Shown piece after piece: positions 42,038-49,254 of a stretch of DNA of 64,000 nucleotides. Within the stretch, counting starts at the first letter, position 1. Each line of letters starts with the position of its first letter. Origin of the DNA: an uncultured Bacteroidaceae bacterium (lineage in GTDB: Bacteria > Bacteroidota > Bacteroidia > Bacteroidales > Bacteroidaceae); contig CAJOJA010000004.1 of the NCBI GenBank assembly GCA_905234735.1, positions 105,022 to 169,021 of the forward strand, in the 5' to 3' direction. The position numbers and the translations under genes were made by a program. The notes below the pieces were generated by a model. The model made no database searches. It saw only the letters and a program-made list of their open reading frames with translations, and had not been told where the DNA came from.

Positions 42038-43129
42038 CTATTGTTCCAGTTTCTTCACGCCACCGTTTTGCTGATGGAAGGTGACCTTGGTGGTCATATT
42101 CTTGTCGAAGAGCACAGTGCTCAGGATTTCGGTGTAGCCGAACTGCCCCATGCTGCAGTCCTGGGTGGTGTAGGTCTGATTGACGTCGAAAACGGTTATG
42201 GTCTCGCGGGCGGGTATATTATAGAAGATGCCTTTCTCGGTGCTGGGTTTCTTTTGCAGGAAGGAGAATCTCTTCTTCTCTTCCGTGGGTACTTCTACTT
42301 TTGCAGGCAGGTTGCCGGTGTTGTGGATGCTGATGTATATGGGATGGCCCGAGAGGTCGTCCTTGTCTACCACGCCCAGTAGGGGAGAGAAACGGAACAG
42401 CACATCCTTCTCCGTCTCCTGAGTGGGCAGGTAGTTAATGCTGAAGACCTCGGTGCTCGTCTGGGTGTAGCCCGTGAACAGTTGCTCCAATGCTTTGGCC
42501 TGAGTGTCGAGTTGTGAGAGCATCAGCCGCAGTTGCTCCCCGTCCTTGGGAGTATTGTCAGCCTCGCCACGCACCAGGGCATTGCGGCTGTCGCGTATGT
42601 CGTAAATCTCCTGGGCACAAAGCTCGGCCAGTTTGGTCGAACTGCCAGCCGAAAGCATTTCCTGATTCATGTATTGCTTGGCATTCAGGGGCTCGGGTGC
42701 GGGAATGTCCTCCGGCAGGGCTGGCAGGGCCTCCTCCGTTGCTTCGGTGTTGATGCTCAGGATGATGCCGTCACGTGTCAGGCTGACGAGTGGGGCAATG
42801 GTCTTGCTCTTCACCTTCACGCTGTAGGCCTTTTCAGGGTCGGGTACACCATAGGGTTCCACGGTTATCGTCTTGATAGCCCACTGGGTGGAGGCTGTCG
42901 TGGGAACATCTTTGATACGCAGATAGCGGAAGGCATATTTGTTCAGTTCGCCTGGCGTGGTTGTGTACTTTTCTGCTACGATGGTCACGCGTAGAGCCGT
43001 TTGTGGCAGGAAGTAGTTGATGCCTTCCAGTGTTGTGCCGGGCACGAAGCGGCTGACCTCGGTCTGGGCGGTGGCGAAAATGAGAAATTGAGAAATTGAG
43101 AAAATGAGGAGTACGAATCGTTTCATCAT
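42038..43129 (-). CDS. secreted protein, DUF4831-like
   Basis: Signal peptide MMKRFVLLIFSISQFLIFATAQ. INYFLPQTALRVTIVAEK. The family name is from memory. Confidence 0.45.
   Translation of the reverse strand: MMKRFVLLIFSISQFLIFATAQTEVSRFVPGTTLEGINYFLPQTALRVTIVAEKYTTTPGELNKYAFRYLRIKDVPTTASTQWAIKTITVEPYGVPDPEKAYSVKVKSKTIAPLVSLTRDGIILSINTEATEEALPALPEDIPAPEPLNAKQYMNQEMLSAGSSTKLAELCAQEIYDIRDSRNALVRGEADNTPKDGEQLRLMLSQLDTQAKALEQLFTGYTQTSTEVFSINYLPTQETEKDVLFRFSPLLGVVDKDDLSGHPIYISIHNTGNLPAKVEVPTEEKKRFSFLQKKPSTEKGIFYNIPARETITVFDVNQTYTTQDCSMGQFGYTEILSTVLFDKNMTTKVTFHQQNGGVKKLEQ
43076..43110. repeat. F1 micro-repeat (complement) encoding the signal-peptide core of the DUF4831-like protein
   Basis: aaaatgagaaattgagaaattgagaaaatgaggag. 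The sense strand encodes LLIFSISQFLIF. Confidence 0.8.
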
Positions 43130-43157
43130 TATTTATATACATTATACATTTAACATC

Positions 43158-43964
43158 TTACATTGCCAGTTGCTTGAATGCATCCGGCAGATGGCGTATG
43201 ATATCGCGGGCCAACATGCAATTTTCGCTCATTTCATCGGCAGCATAGTCTCCTGCAGTTCCGTGTAGCCATACTCCGAGCATTGCAGCATCGCGAGGTG
43301 TGTAGCCCTGGGCCAGCAGTCCCGTGACGGTGCCCGTGAGTACGTCGCCGCTGCCTGCTGTGGCCATGCCGGAATTGCCCACCTTGAGGAGGTAGACTTC
43401 GTCTGTCGGAGTGTAAACGTGCGTGGGATGTCCCTTCAGCACGACGTAGACCTTGTGTTTCTCGACGAATGCCTTCACGTGGCTGGCATCGCTTCCGCCA
43501 AACAGACGTTCGGCCTCCTTTGGATGAGGGGTGAGGATGGAGTCGGGTTGTATGAGACCATGTAGAGTTGGGTGTGTCGCCAGCGTGTTCAGTCCATCGG
43601 CATCGATGACGCAGGGAGTCTGCGACGCGGCTCTCAGGTATCGCATGACGAGGTCTTCGTCTATTCCTATGCCTGGACCAATGCCCATACTGGTATATGC
43701 TGCCTCGCTGTTCCCTGTGACCACAATGGCCTCGGGCACGGTGATTTGCAGCAGCGGTCGGTTGACCTCTGGCGTGACGATGCTCAGTTTGCCAACACCG
43801 CTGCGCAGGCAGGCCTCGGCCGACAGAATGGCTGCACCGGCCATGCCCTGACTGCCGACCACCAATAGGGCGTGACCGAAGGTCCCTTTATGCCCGTCCT
43901 GTGGCCGTGGGCGCAACATTTTGCGCAATTCGTCCGTCTGTATGTCCCTAATTTGAGTTTTCAC
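43158..43964 (-). CDS. nnrD: ADP-dependent NAD(P)H-hydrate dehydratase (YjeF C-terminal domain only)
   Basis: ...RPRPQDGHKGTFGHALLVVGSQGMAGAAILSAEACLRSGVGKL...GSGDVLTG. GTG start at 43964 (the alternative ATG 43919 would remove conserved N-terminal residues). Confidence 0.8.
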   Translation of the reverse strand: MKTQIRDIQTDELRKMLRPRPQDGHKGTFGHALLVVGSQGMAGAAILSAEACLRSGVGKLSIVTPEVNRPLLQITVPEAIVVTGNSEAAYTSMGIGPGIGIDEDLVMRYLRAASQTPCVIDADGLNTLATHPTLHGLIQPDSILTPHPKEAERLFGGSDASHVKAFVEKHKVYVVLKGHPTHVYTPTDEVYLLKVGNSGMATAGSGDVLTGTVTGLLAQGYTPRDAAMLGVWLHGTAGDYAADEMSENCMLARDIIRHLPDAFKQLAM

Positions 43965-43974
43965 GCCACAAAGT

Positions 43975-44016
43975 TAATAAATAATTGATAATTGACAATT
44001 GACAATTGATAATTGT
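43975..44016. repeat. F2 micro-repeat (complement) in the nnrD/hpt divergent spacer
   Basis: taataaataattgataattgacaattgacaattgataattg. Confidence 0.8.
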
Positions 44017-44020
44017 TTTG

Positions 44021-44028
44021 TATCTTTG
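44021..44028 (+). promoter_or_regulatory. candidate -7 box TATCTTTG upstream of hpt
   Basis: Matches TAnnTTTG. 21 nt before ATG 44049. Confidence 0.45.
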
Positions 44029-44048
44029 CCGAAGAAAAAGGCTTTTTT

Positions 44049-44588
44049 ATGAACAAAACTATCCAAGTTAAGGACAAAACTTTCGCTGTTTCCATTCCCG
44101 AGGAACGGATAATGGCTGAGGTGCGGCGTGTGGCCGCTGAGATTAATCGCGACTATGCCGGCCAAAACCCCATCTTCCTGGCCGTACTGAACGGTTCGTT
44201 CATCTTCGCTGCCGACCTTCTGCGTGAGGTGACGCTGCCTTGCGAGATTTCGTTTGTGCGCCTGGCCTCGTACGAGGGTATGGGTTCGACAGGTGAAATC
44301 CGCGAAATCATGGGACTGAGTGTCGACGTGACGGGGCGCCCCGTTATCATCGTGGAGGACATCGTGGACACAGGCCTCACCATGGCCCACATGCTCGAAA
44401 CGCTGAAACGCCACAATCCTGGCAGCATCGACATCTGTACGCTGCTCCTGAAGCCTGGAAAGTTGCAGGTGAACCTGGACATCCGCTACTGCGCCATGCA
44501 GATTCCGAATGACTTCATCGTGGGCTATGGCCTCGACTACGACGGCTTCGGTCGGAATACGAAGGACATTTATACCCTATGTAGTTAA
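44049..44588 (+). CDS. hpt: hypoxanthine phosphoribosyltransferase
   Basis: ...VIIVEDIVDTGLT PRPP motif. ...FIVGYGLDYDG. Confidence 0.9.
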   Translation: MNKTIQVKDKTFAVSIPEERIMAEVRRVAAEINRDYAGQNPIFLAVLNGSFIFAADLLREVTLPCEISFVRLASYEGMGSTGEIREIMGLSVDVTGRPVIIVEDIVDTGLTMAHMLETLKRHNPGSIDICTLLLKPGKLQVNLDIRYCAMQIPNDFIVGYGLDYDGFGRNTKDIYTLCS

Positions 44589-44618
44589 AAAGTGAAAAAT
44601 AAAAAATAAATAGTGAAG
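44586..44618. repeat. F3-like AT-rich micro-repeat between hpt and adk
   Basis: taaaaagtgaaaaataaaaaataaatagtgaag. Confidence 0.55.
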
Positions 44619-44620
44619 AT

Positions 44621-45193
44621 ATGAAGAACATTATTATCTTTGGTGCACCGGGCAGTGGCAAGGGCACGTATAGCGACGAGATTGTAAGCCGCTATGGCAT
44701 GGGACACATTTCTACGGGTGACGTGTTGCGCGCCGAAATCAAGAACGACACAGAACTGGGCAAGACGGCCAAGGGCTACATCGACAACGGACAGTTGATT
44801 CCCGACGAGCTGATGATTGACATCCTGGCTAAGACCTACGATAGCTTGCCTGCCGGCAAGGGTGTTATCTTCGACGGTTTCCCTCGCACCATAGCTCAGG
44901 CTGAGGCCCTGAAGAAAATGTTGGCTGAGCGCCATCACGACATGGGTGTAATGATAGAGCTGATTGTCGACGAACAGACGCTGATGGAGCGCCTGTTGCG
45001 CCGTGCCGAGATAGAAGGCCGTGCCGATGACAATGCGGAGACCATCAAGAAACGCTTCGCCGTGTACCACAGCCAGACCGAGCCGCTTGCAGCATGGTTC
45101 GAGAAGGAAGGCATCCGCCACACCTTCACCTGGGAGGGCAGCAAGGACCAGATGTTGGCCAACATCTTTGCCTTCCTCGATACGTTGAAGTGA
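44621..45193 (+). CDS. adk: adenylate kinase (short-lid type)
   Basis: MKNIIIFGAPGSGKGT...GFPRT. Confidence 0.9.
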   Translation: MKNIIIFGAPGSGKGTYSDEIVSRYGMGHISTGDVLRAEIKNDTELGKTAKGYIDNGQLIPDELMIDILAKTYDSLPAGKGVIFDGFPRTIAQAEALKKMLAERHHDMGVMIELIVDEQTLMERLLRRAEIEGRADDNAETIKKRFAVYHSQTEPLAAWFEKEGIRHTFTWEGSKDQMLANIFAFLDTLK

Positions 45194-46372
45194 ATGGAAA
45201 GTAACTTCGTCGACTACGTAAAAATCTGTTGCCGTTCGGGCAAGGGAGGTCGCGGTTCGGCTCACATGCATCGTGCCAAGTACGTGCCCAATGGCGGGCC
45301 TGACGGCGGCGATGGTGGCCGGGGCGGTCACATCTACCTGCGTGGCAATCATAACTATTGGACGCTGCTGCACCTGCGCTACGAACGTCATGTCTTTGCC
45401 GGACATGGTGGTAACGGAGGACAGAGTCGCAGTACGGGGCGCGACGGTGAGGACCGCTACATCGATGTGCCCTGTGGCACCGTGGTCTACGATGCCGAGA
45501 CGGGTGAATACCTATGCGACGTCAGTCAGGACGGGCAGGTGGTGATGTTGTTGAAGGGCGGTCGCGGTGGACTGGGCAACTGGAACTTCCGTACCTCCAC
45601 CAATCAGGCACCGCGCTATGCCCAGCCGGGCGAGCCCATGCAGGAGCGCATCGTCATCCTGGAGCTGAAACTGCTGGCCGATGTGGGCCTTGTAGGCTTT
45701 CCCAATGCGGGCAAAAGTACCCTGCTCGCCAGCCTCTCCAGCGCCCGCCCCAAGATAGCCAACTACCCCTTTACCACGATGGAACCCTCGCTGGGCATCG
45801 TCAGCTATCGCGACGGACAGTCGTTCGTCATGGCCGACATTCCGGGTATCATCGAGGGTGCCTCTGAGGGCCGTGGGCTGGGGCTGCGTTTCCTGCGCCA
45901 CATCGAGCGTAACTCGCTCCTGTTGTTCATGGTGCCGGGCGATACCGACGACATTCGCCGCGAATATGAAATCCTGCTCAACGAGGTGCGCACTTTCAAC
46001 CCCGATATGATGGACAAGCAGCGCGTGCTGGCCATCACGAAGAGCGACCTTTTGGACGACGAACTCGTGGAAATGTTGTCGAAGGAACTGCCCGACGACC
46101 TGCCGCACATTTTCATCTCCGCCGTTGCCAACCGCGGTCTGACGGAGTTGAAGGACATCCTCTGGGAGGCCCTGAACAGCGAAAGCAACAAACTGGCAGC
46201 CATCACCAACGAGGAACGCATCGTCCACCGAAACAAGGATGTCACCCATTTGCAAGAGGAACTTGCTGACATGGGCGAAGACGAGGAAATCGAATTCCTG
46301 GACGAGGATGATATAGAGGACATCGACGACCTCGAGGACTTTGAGTATGAGGATATAGAAACAAGAGACTGA
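45194..46372 (+). CDS. obgE: GTPase ObgE/CgtA with acidic C-terminal tail
   Basis: [23 protein letters not shown]...GGDGGRGG...[11 protein letters not shown]. Confidence 0.9.
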   Translation: MESNFVDYVKICCRSGKGGRGSAHMHRAKYVPNGGPDGGDGGRGGHIYLRGNHNYWTLLHLRYERHVFAGHGGNGGQSRSTGRDGEDRYIDVPCGTVVYDAETGEYLCDVSQDGQVVMLLKGGRGGLGNWNFRTSTNQAPRYAQPGEPMQERIVILELKLLADVGLVGFPNAGKSTLLASLSSARPKIANYPFTTMEPSLGIVSYRDGQSFVMADIPGIIEGASEGRGLGLRFLRHIERNSLLLFMVPGDTDDIRREYEILLNEVRTFNPDMMDKQRVLAITKSDLLDDELVEMLSKELPDDLPHIFISAVANRGLTELKDILWEALNSESNKLAAITNEERIVHRNKDVTHLQEELADMGEDEEIEFLDEDDIEDIDDLEDFEYEDIETRD

Positions 46373-46400
46373 GGGTCGTCGACTCTCAGTCTCTTGTTTT
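46362..46400. terminator. bidirectional terminator between obgE and the small basic ORF
   Basis: 12-bp stem caagagactgag / ctcagtctcttg followed by ttttt. Confidence 0.8.
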
Positions 46401-46404
46401 TGCT

Positions 46405-46611
46405 TTACTTGTGTCGATTGGCTCGCGCCTTGCGGATGTCGGCCTTTTTCTTGGCTGAGCCGCTGCCGTGGGCACCTGTTATGTACTTCTTCTTTTGCGC
46501 TTTAGTTCGTACTTTCCCATTAGAAGGTGCGCTTTCCTTCTTTGGTCCTCCACGGAAGGTGATGCCGTTGAGGATTACATCGTCGATGTCGTCGCCTGCG
46601 AACTTGTTCAT
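46405..46611 (-). CDS. small basic protein of unknown function (68 aa)
   Basis: Starts 4 nt after the purH-like stop and ends 4 nt before a strong hairpin terminator. GC3-rich codon usage resembles its neighbours. A competing + strand ORF (46394-46630) was rejected. Confidence 0.45.
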   Translation of the reverse strand: MNKFAGDDIDDVILNGITFRGGPKKESAPSNGKVRTKAQKKKYITGAHGSGSAKKKADIRKARANRHK

Positions 46612-46615
46612 ATTA

Positions 46616-47797
46616 TTAATGATGGAATAGGCGTACGCCGGTGAAGGTCATGGTAATGCCGTATTTGTCGCAGGTCTCGATGACGTGGTCGTCGCGCACA
46701 GAGCCACCGGCCTGGGCCACGTAGCGCACACCGCTCTTGTGGGCACGTTCGATGTTGTCGCCGAAGGGGAAGAAGGCATCGCTACCCAGGCATACGTCGG
46801 TGTTTTGGGCCAGCCATTCGCGCTTCTCGGTTTCCGACAACGGTTCGGGCCGCTGGGTGAAGAACTTCTGCCACTCGCCCTCGCGCAGCACGTCGTCGAA
46901 CTCGGGACCGATGTAGACGTCGATGGTGTTGTCGCGGTCGGCGCGGCGTATGCCTGGTACGAAGGGTAGGGCCATCACCCGCGGGTGCTGGCGTAGCCAC
47001 CATGTGTCGGCCTTCTGTCCGGCCAGGCGGGTGCAGTGGATGCGGCTCTGTTGTCCGGCGCCGATGCCTATGGCCTGTCCATCCTTGACGTAGCAGACAC
47101 TGTTGGACTGGGTGTACTTCAGCGTGATGAGGGCGATGATGAGGTCGCGACGGGCCTCGGGGGTGAACGTCTTGTTCTGGGTAGGAATATTCTCGAAGAG
47201 AGCGGGGTCGGCCAGGTCAATCTCGTTGCGCCCCTGTTCGAAGGTGATGCCGAAGACCTGCTTGCGCTCGATGGGGGCAGGACGATAGTCGGGGTCAATC
47301 TGGATGACGCAATAGGTGCCCTTGCGTTTCTGGCGGAGCACTTCCAGTGCCTCGGGGGTATAGTCGGGGGCAATGATGCCGTCCGAGACTTCGCGGTTGA
47401 TGAGACGTGCCGTCGACTCGTCGCAGGTGTCGCTTAGGGCGATGAAATCACCGTAGCTGGACATGCGGTCGGCTCCTCGGGCCCGGGCGTAGGCCGAGGC
47501 TATTGGGGTGAGGGGCAGGGGAGCGTCGTCGACGAAGTAAATCTTCCGGAGAGTGTCGCTCAGGGGCAGGCCTACGGCTGCTCCGGCTGGGCTGACGTGT
47601 TTGAATGAGGCAGCGGCGGGCAGACCCGTGGCAGCTTTCAGTTCCTTCACCAACTGCCACGAGTTCAGGGCATCGAGCAGGTTGATGTAGCCGGGACGGC
47701 CGTTCAGTACAGCGATTGGCAATTCGCCCTCCTCCATGAAGATGCGCGAGGGCTTCTGGTTCGGGTTACACCCGTACTTGAGTTGGAGTTCCTTCAT
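46616..47797 (-). CDS. AICARFT/IMPCHase-family protein lacking the N-terminal MGS domain (short PurH-like)
   Basis: MKELQLKYGCNPNQKP...SFKHVSPAGAA...GGSVRD. Confidence 0.7.
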   Translation of the reverse strand: MKELQLKYGCNPNQKPSRIFMEEGELPIAVLNGRPGYINLLDALNSWQLVKELKAATGLPAAASFKHVSPAGAAVGLPLSDTLRKIYFVDDAPLPLTPIASAYARARGADRMSSYGDFIALSDTCDESTARLINREVSDGIIAPDYTPEALEVLRQKRKGTYCVIQIDPDYRPAPIERKQVFGITFEQGRNEIDLADPALFENIPTQNKTFTPEARRDLIIALITLKYTQSNSVCYVKDGQAIGIGAGQQSRIHCTRLAGQKADTWWLRQHPRVMALPFVPGIRRADRDNTIDVYIGPEFDDVLREGEWQKFFTQRPEPLSETEKREWLAQNTDVCLGSDAFFPFGDNIERAHKSGVRYVAQAGGSVRDDHVIETCDKYGITMTFTGVRLFHH

Positions 47798-47914
47798 TCT
47801 TATACTAAATTTTCACGGTGAAAAGTGAATCCTTAAACCTTACTCCTTCTTGCCCCGCTTCGTTCTGCAAGCGTAGGCCCAAGGGCCGTCCGATTACACT
47901 CTTCACCATTTTTG

Positions 47915-48314
47915 TGGAGCCGGAGGGGATTGAACCCTCGTCCAAACAGGGAAACCCTGTGCTTTCTACACGCTTATTCTGGACTTCGTTTTCGTGCACG
48001 GGCAAGACCCAGACCACCAACTCGTGCCTTATCCTCTAAGGTTTCATCGTGGACGCGAGGCCGTCCGCAACTATCCCCGATTTTGCTGTGCCACTTTGCC
48101 AGAGCGCTTCGGGGCGTTAGCCTCTGAGTGACATCCCGTCGCAGCACCTGGTGCCGCGATTAAGCCTCGGATTTACTATACTTCAATCAGGCAGCGAGAG
48201 CGTAGTTGTTTTCGCCAGTTAATTGTTCGGCTGTCAGAGATTTAAGAGAGCGGCTGCCAACTCTCTGCGTGCTTACACAACGTCCCATCCTGCTGTCAAA
48301 TCCATGTCGACCCC
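47915..48314 (-). ncRNA. ssrA: tmRNA (SsrA), tag GENNYALAA
   Basis: 5' GGGGTCGACATGGATTTGAC.... Tag ORF ggc gaa aac aac tac gct ctc gct gcc tga at 48187-48216. 3' end GGACGAGGGTTCAATCCCCTCCGGCTCCA. CCA is not fully encoded. Confidence 0.9.
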
Positions 48315-48338
48315 AGTTGTTCTGCGTGTTACTGAGCG

Positions 48339-48346
48339 CAAAGGTA
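48339..48346 (-). promoter_or_regulatory. candidate -7 box TACCTTTG upstream of ssrA
   Basis: The reverse complement of caaaggta. 25 nt before the mature tmRNA 5' end. Confidence 0.4.
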
Positions 48347-48435
48347 TGCATAAAAGTTCGTTTTTCCAAATAATTCACGAAGATTTATCATGCTCCTTAT
48401 ATGATATTCTTTGTACATCGGTCGGTGTACGAACA

Positions 48436-48498
48436 TACATCGTCGACGGACGGACGTTCATCGTCGGCGGATATCCGTACGTCGTCGATGAACGGAGA
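48436..48498. promoter_or_regulatory. three direct repeats phased at 21 bp, between the ssrA promoter and the capsule locus
   Basis: tacatcgtcgacggacggacg / ttcatcgtcggcggatatccg / tacgtcgtcgatgaacggaga, starting at 48436, 48457 and 48478. Confidence 0.5.
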
Positions 48499-48532
48499 AT
48501 ATCTGCCTAAGCTGGGAAGAATGTATGGAAAA

Positions 48533-48551
48533 ATTGTGATTTTTTCACAAT
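48533..48551. promoter_or_regulatory. inverted repeat ATTGTGA-N5-TCACAAT upstream of the capsule locus
   Basis: attgtgattttttcacaat, about 105 nt upstream of ATG 48657. Confidence 0.4.
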
Positions 48552-48656
48552 ATTATTGCGATTTTGGAGTTATTATAGTGATAATATATAATAAAGTAAG
48601 AACTGTGCAAACGTAACATACGAGTGGAATCAGAGGAACAAAAATACGAGGACGGG

Positions 48657-49250
48657 ATGAACGTGCTGGGGCGTGCCGTCAAACGCTGGTTTGATGTCGT
48701 CGTTTCGCTGTGTGGGCTGATAGCCCTGTCACCCGCCTTCCTGTACATCTATCTGCGTCTTCGACGTCAGACCGACGATACCGTCATCTTCCGACAGGAG
48801 CGCATCGGTATGGGTGGCCGTCCCTTTAACATCCTGAAGTTCCGCACGATGAACTTCGATCCGGAGCCCGATGGTGTTCCACAATTAGCGGAGAAGAGCG
48901 ACCAGCGGCTAACCCCCTTCTGCCGCTATCTTCGCGAGCATCATTTGGACGAGTTGCCTCAGTTGTGGAACGTCCTGGTGGGCGATATGTCGTTTGTCGG
49001 TCCCAGACCCGAACGCCAATACTTCATCCGGCAGATTATGCAGGAAAACCCTGACTACCAGTACCTCTACCGCATCCGGCCAGGCGTGACCAGCATGGCC
49101 ACGATATACAACGGCTATACTGATACCTTGGAGAAGATGCTCATCCGACTGCAGATGGACCTGGAGTACCTGCAGCACCGCAGCTTGTGGCTCGACCTGC
49201 GCATCATGCTCACCACCGTTCGACTAATAGGATATGGAAAGAAAATTTAA
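48657..49250 (+). CDS. monotopic phosphoglycosyl transferase (bacterial sugar transferase, WbaP C-terminal type)
   Basis: ...FRQERIGMGGRPFNILKFRTM...DELPQLWNVLVGDMSFVGPRPE. ATG 48657 preferred over GTG 48624. Confidence 0.8.
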   Translation: MNVLGRAVKRWFDVVVSLCGLIALSPAFLYIYLRLRRQTDDTVIFRQERIGMGGRPFNILKFRTMNFDPEPDGVPQLAEKSDQRLTPFCRYLREHHLDELPQLWNVLVGDMSFVGPRPERQYFIRQIMQENPDYQYLYRIRPGVTSMATIYNGYTDTLEKMLIRLQMDLEYLQHRSLWLDLRIMLTTVRLIGYGKKI

Positions 49251-49254
49251 CGAT

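Noticed and set aside
43919-43964. Moving the nnrD start to ATG 43919 because a TAACTTTG box sits only 5 nt upstream of the GTG at 43964.
   Set aside because: The residues TDELRKMLRPRPQDGHKG before the HKG motif look like the conserved N-terminal segment of YjeF_C proteins, so I kept the GTG start. The start remains uncertain.
46394-46630. A 78-aa + strand ORF overlapping the small basic ORF.
   Set aside because: It begins inside the obgE terminator hairpin, runs into the purH-like gene on the opposite strand, and has a hydrophobic low-complexity translation with atypical codon usage. The minus-strand ORF fits the operon context better.
48187-48510. Protein ORFs 48187-48378 (-) and 48223-48510 (+).
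   Set aside because: They overlap the tmRNA. The minus-strand ORF merely contains the tag reading frame ...GENNYALAA*. Only the 10-codon tag window is translated.
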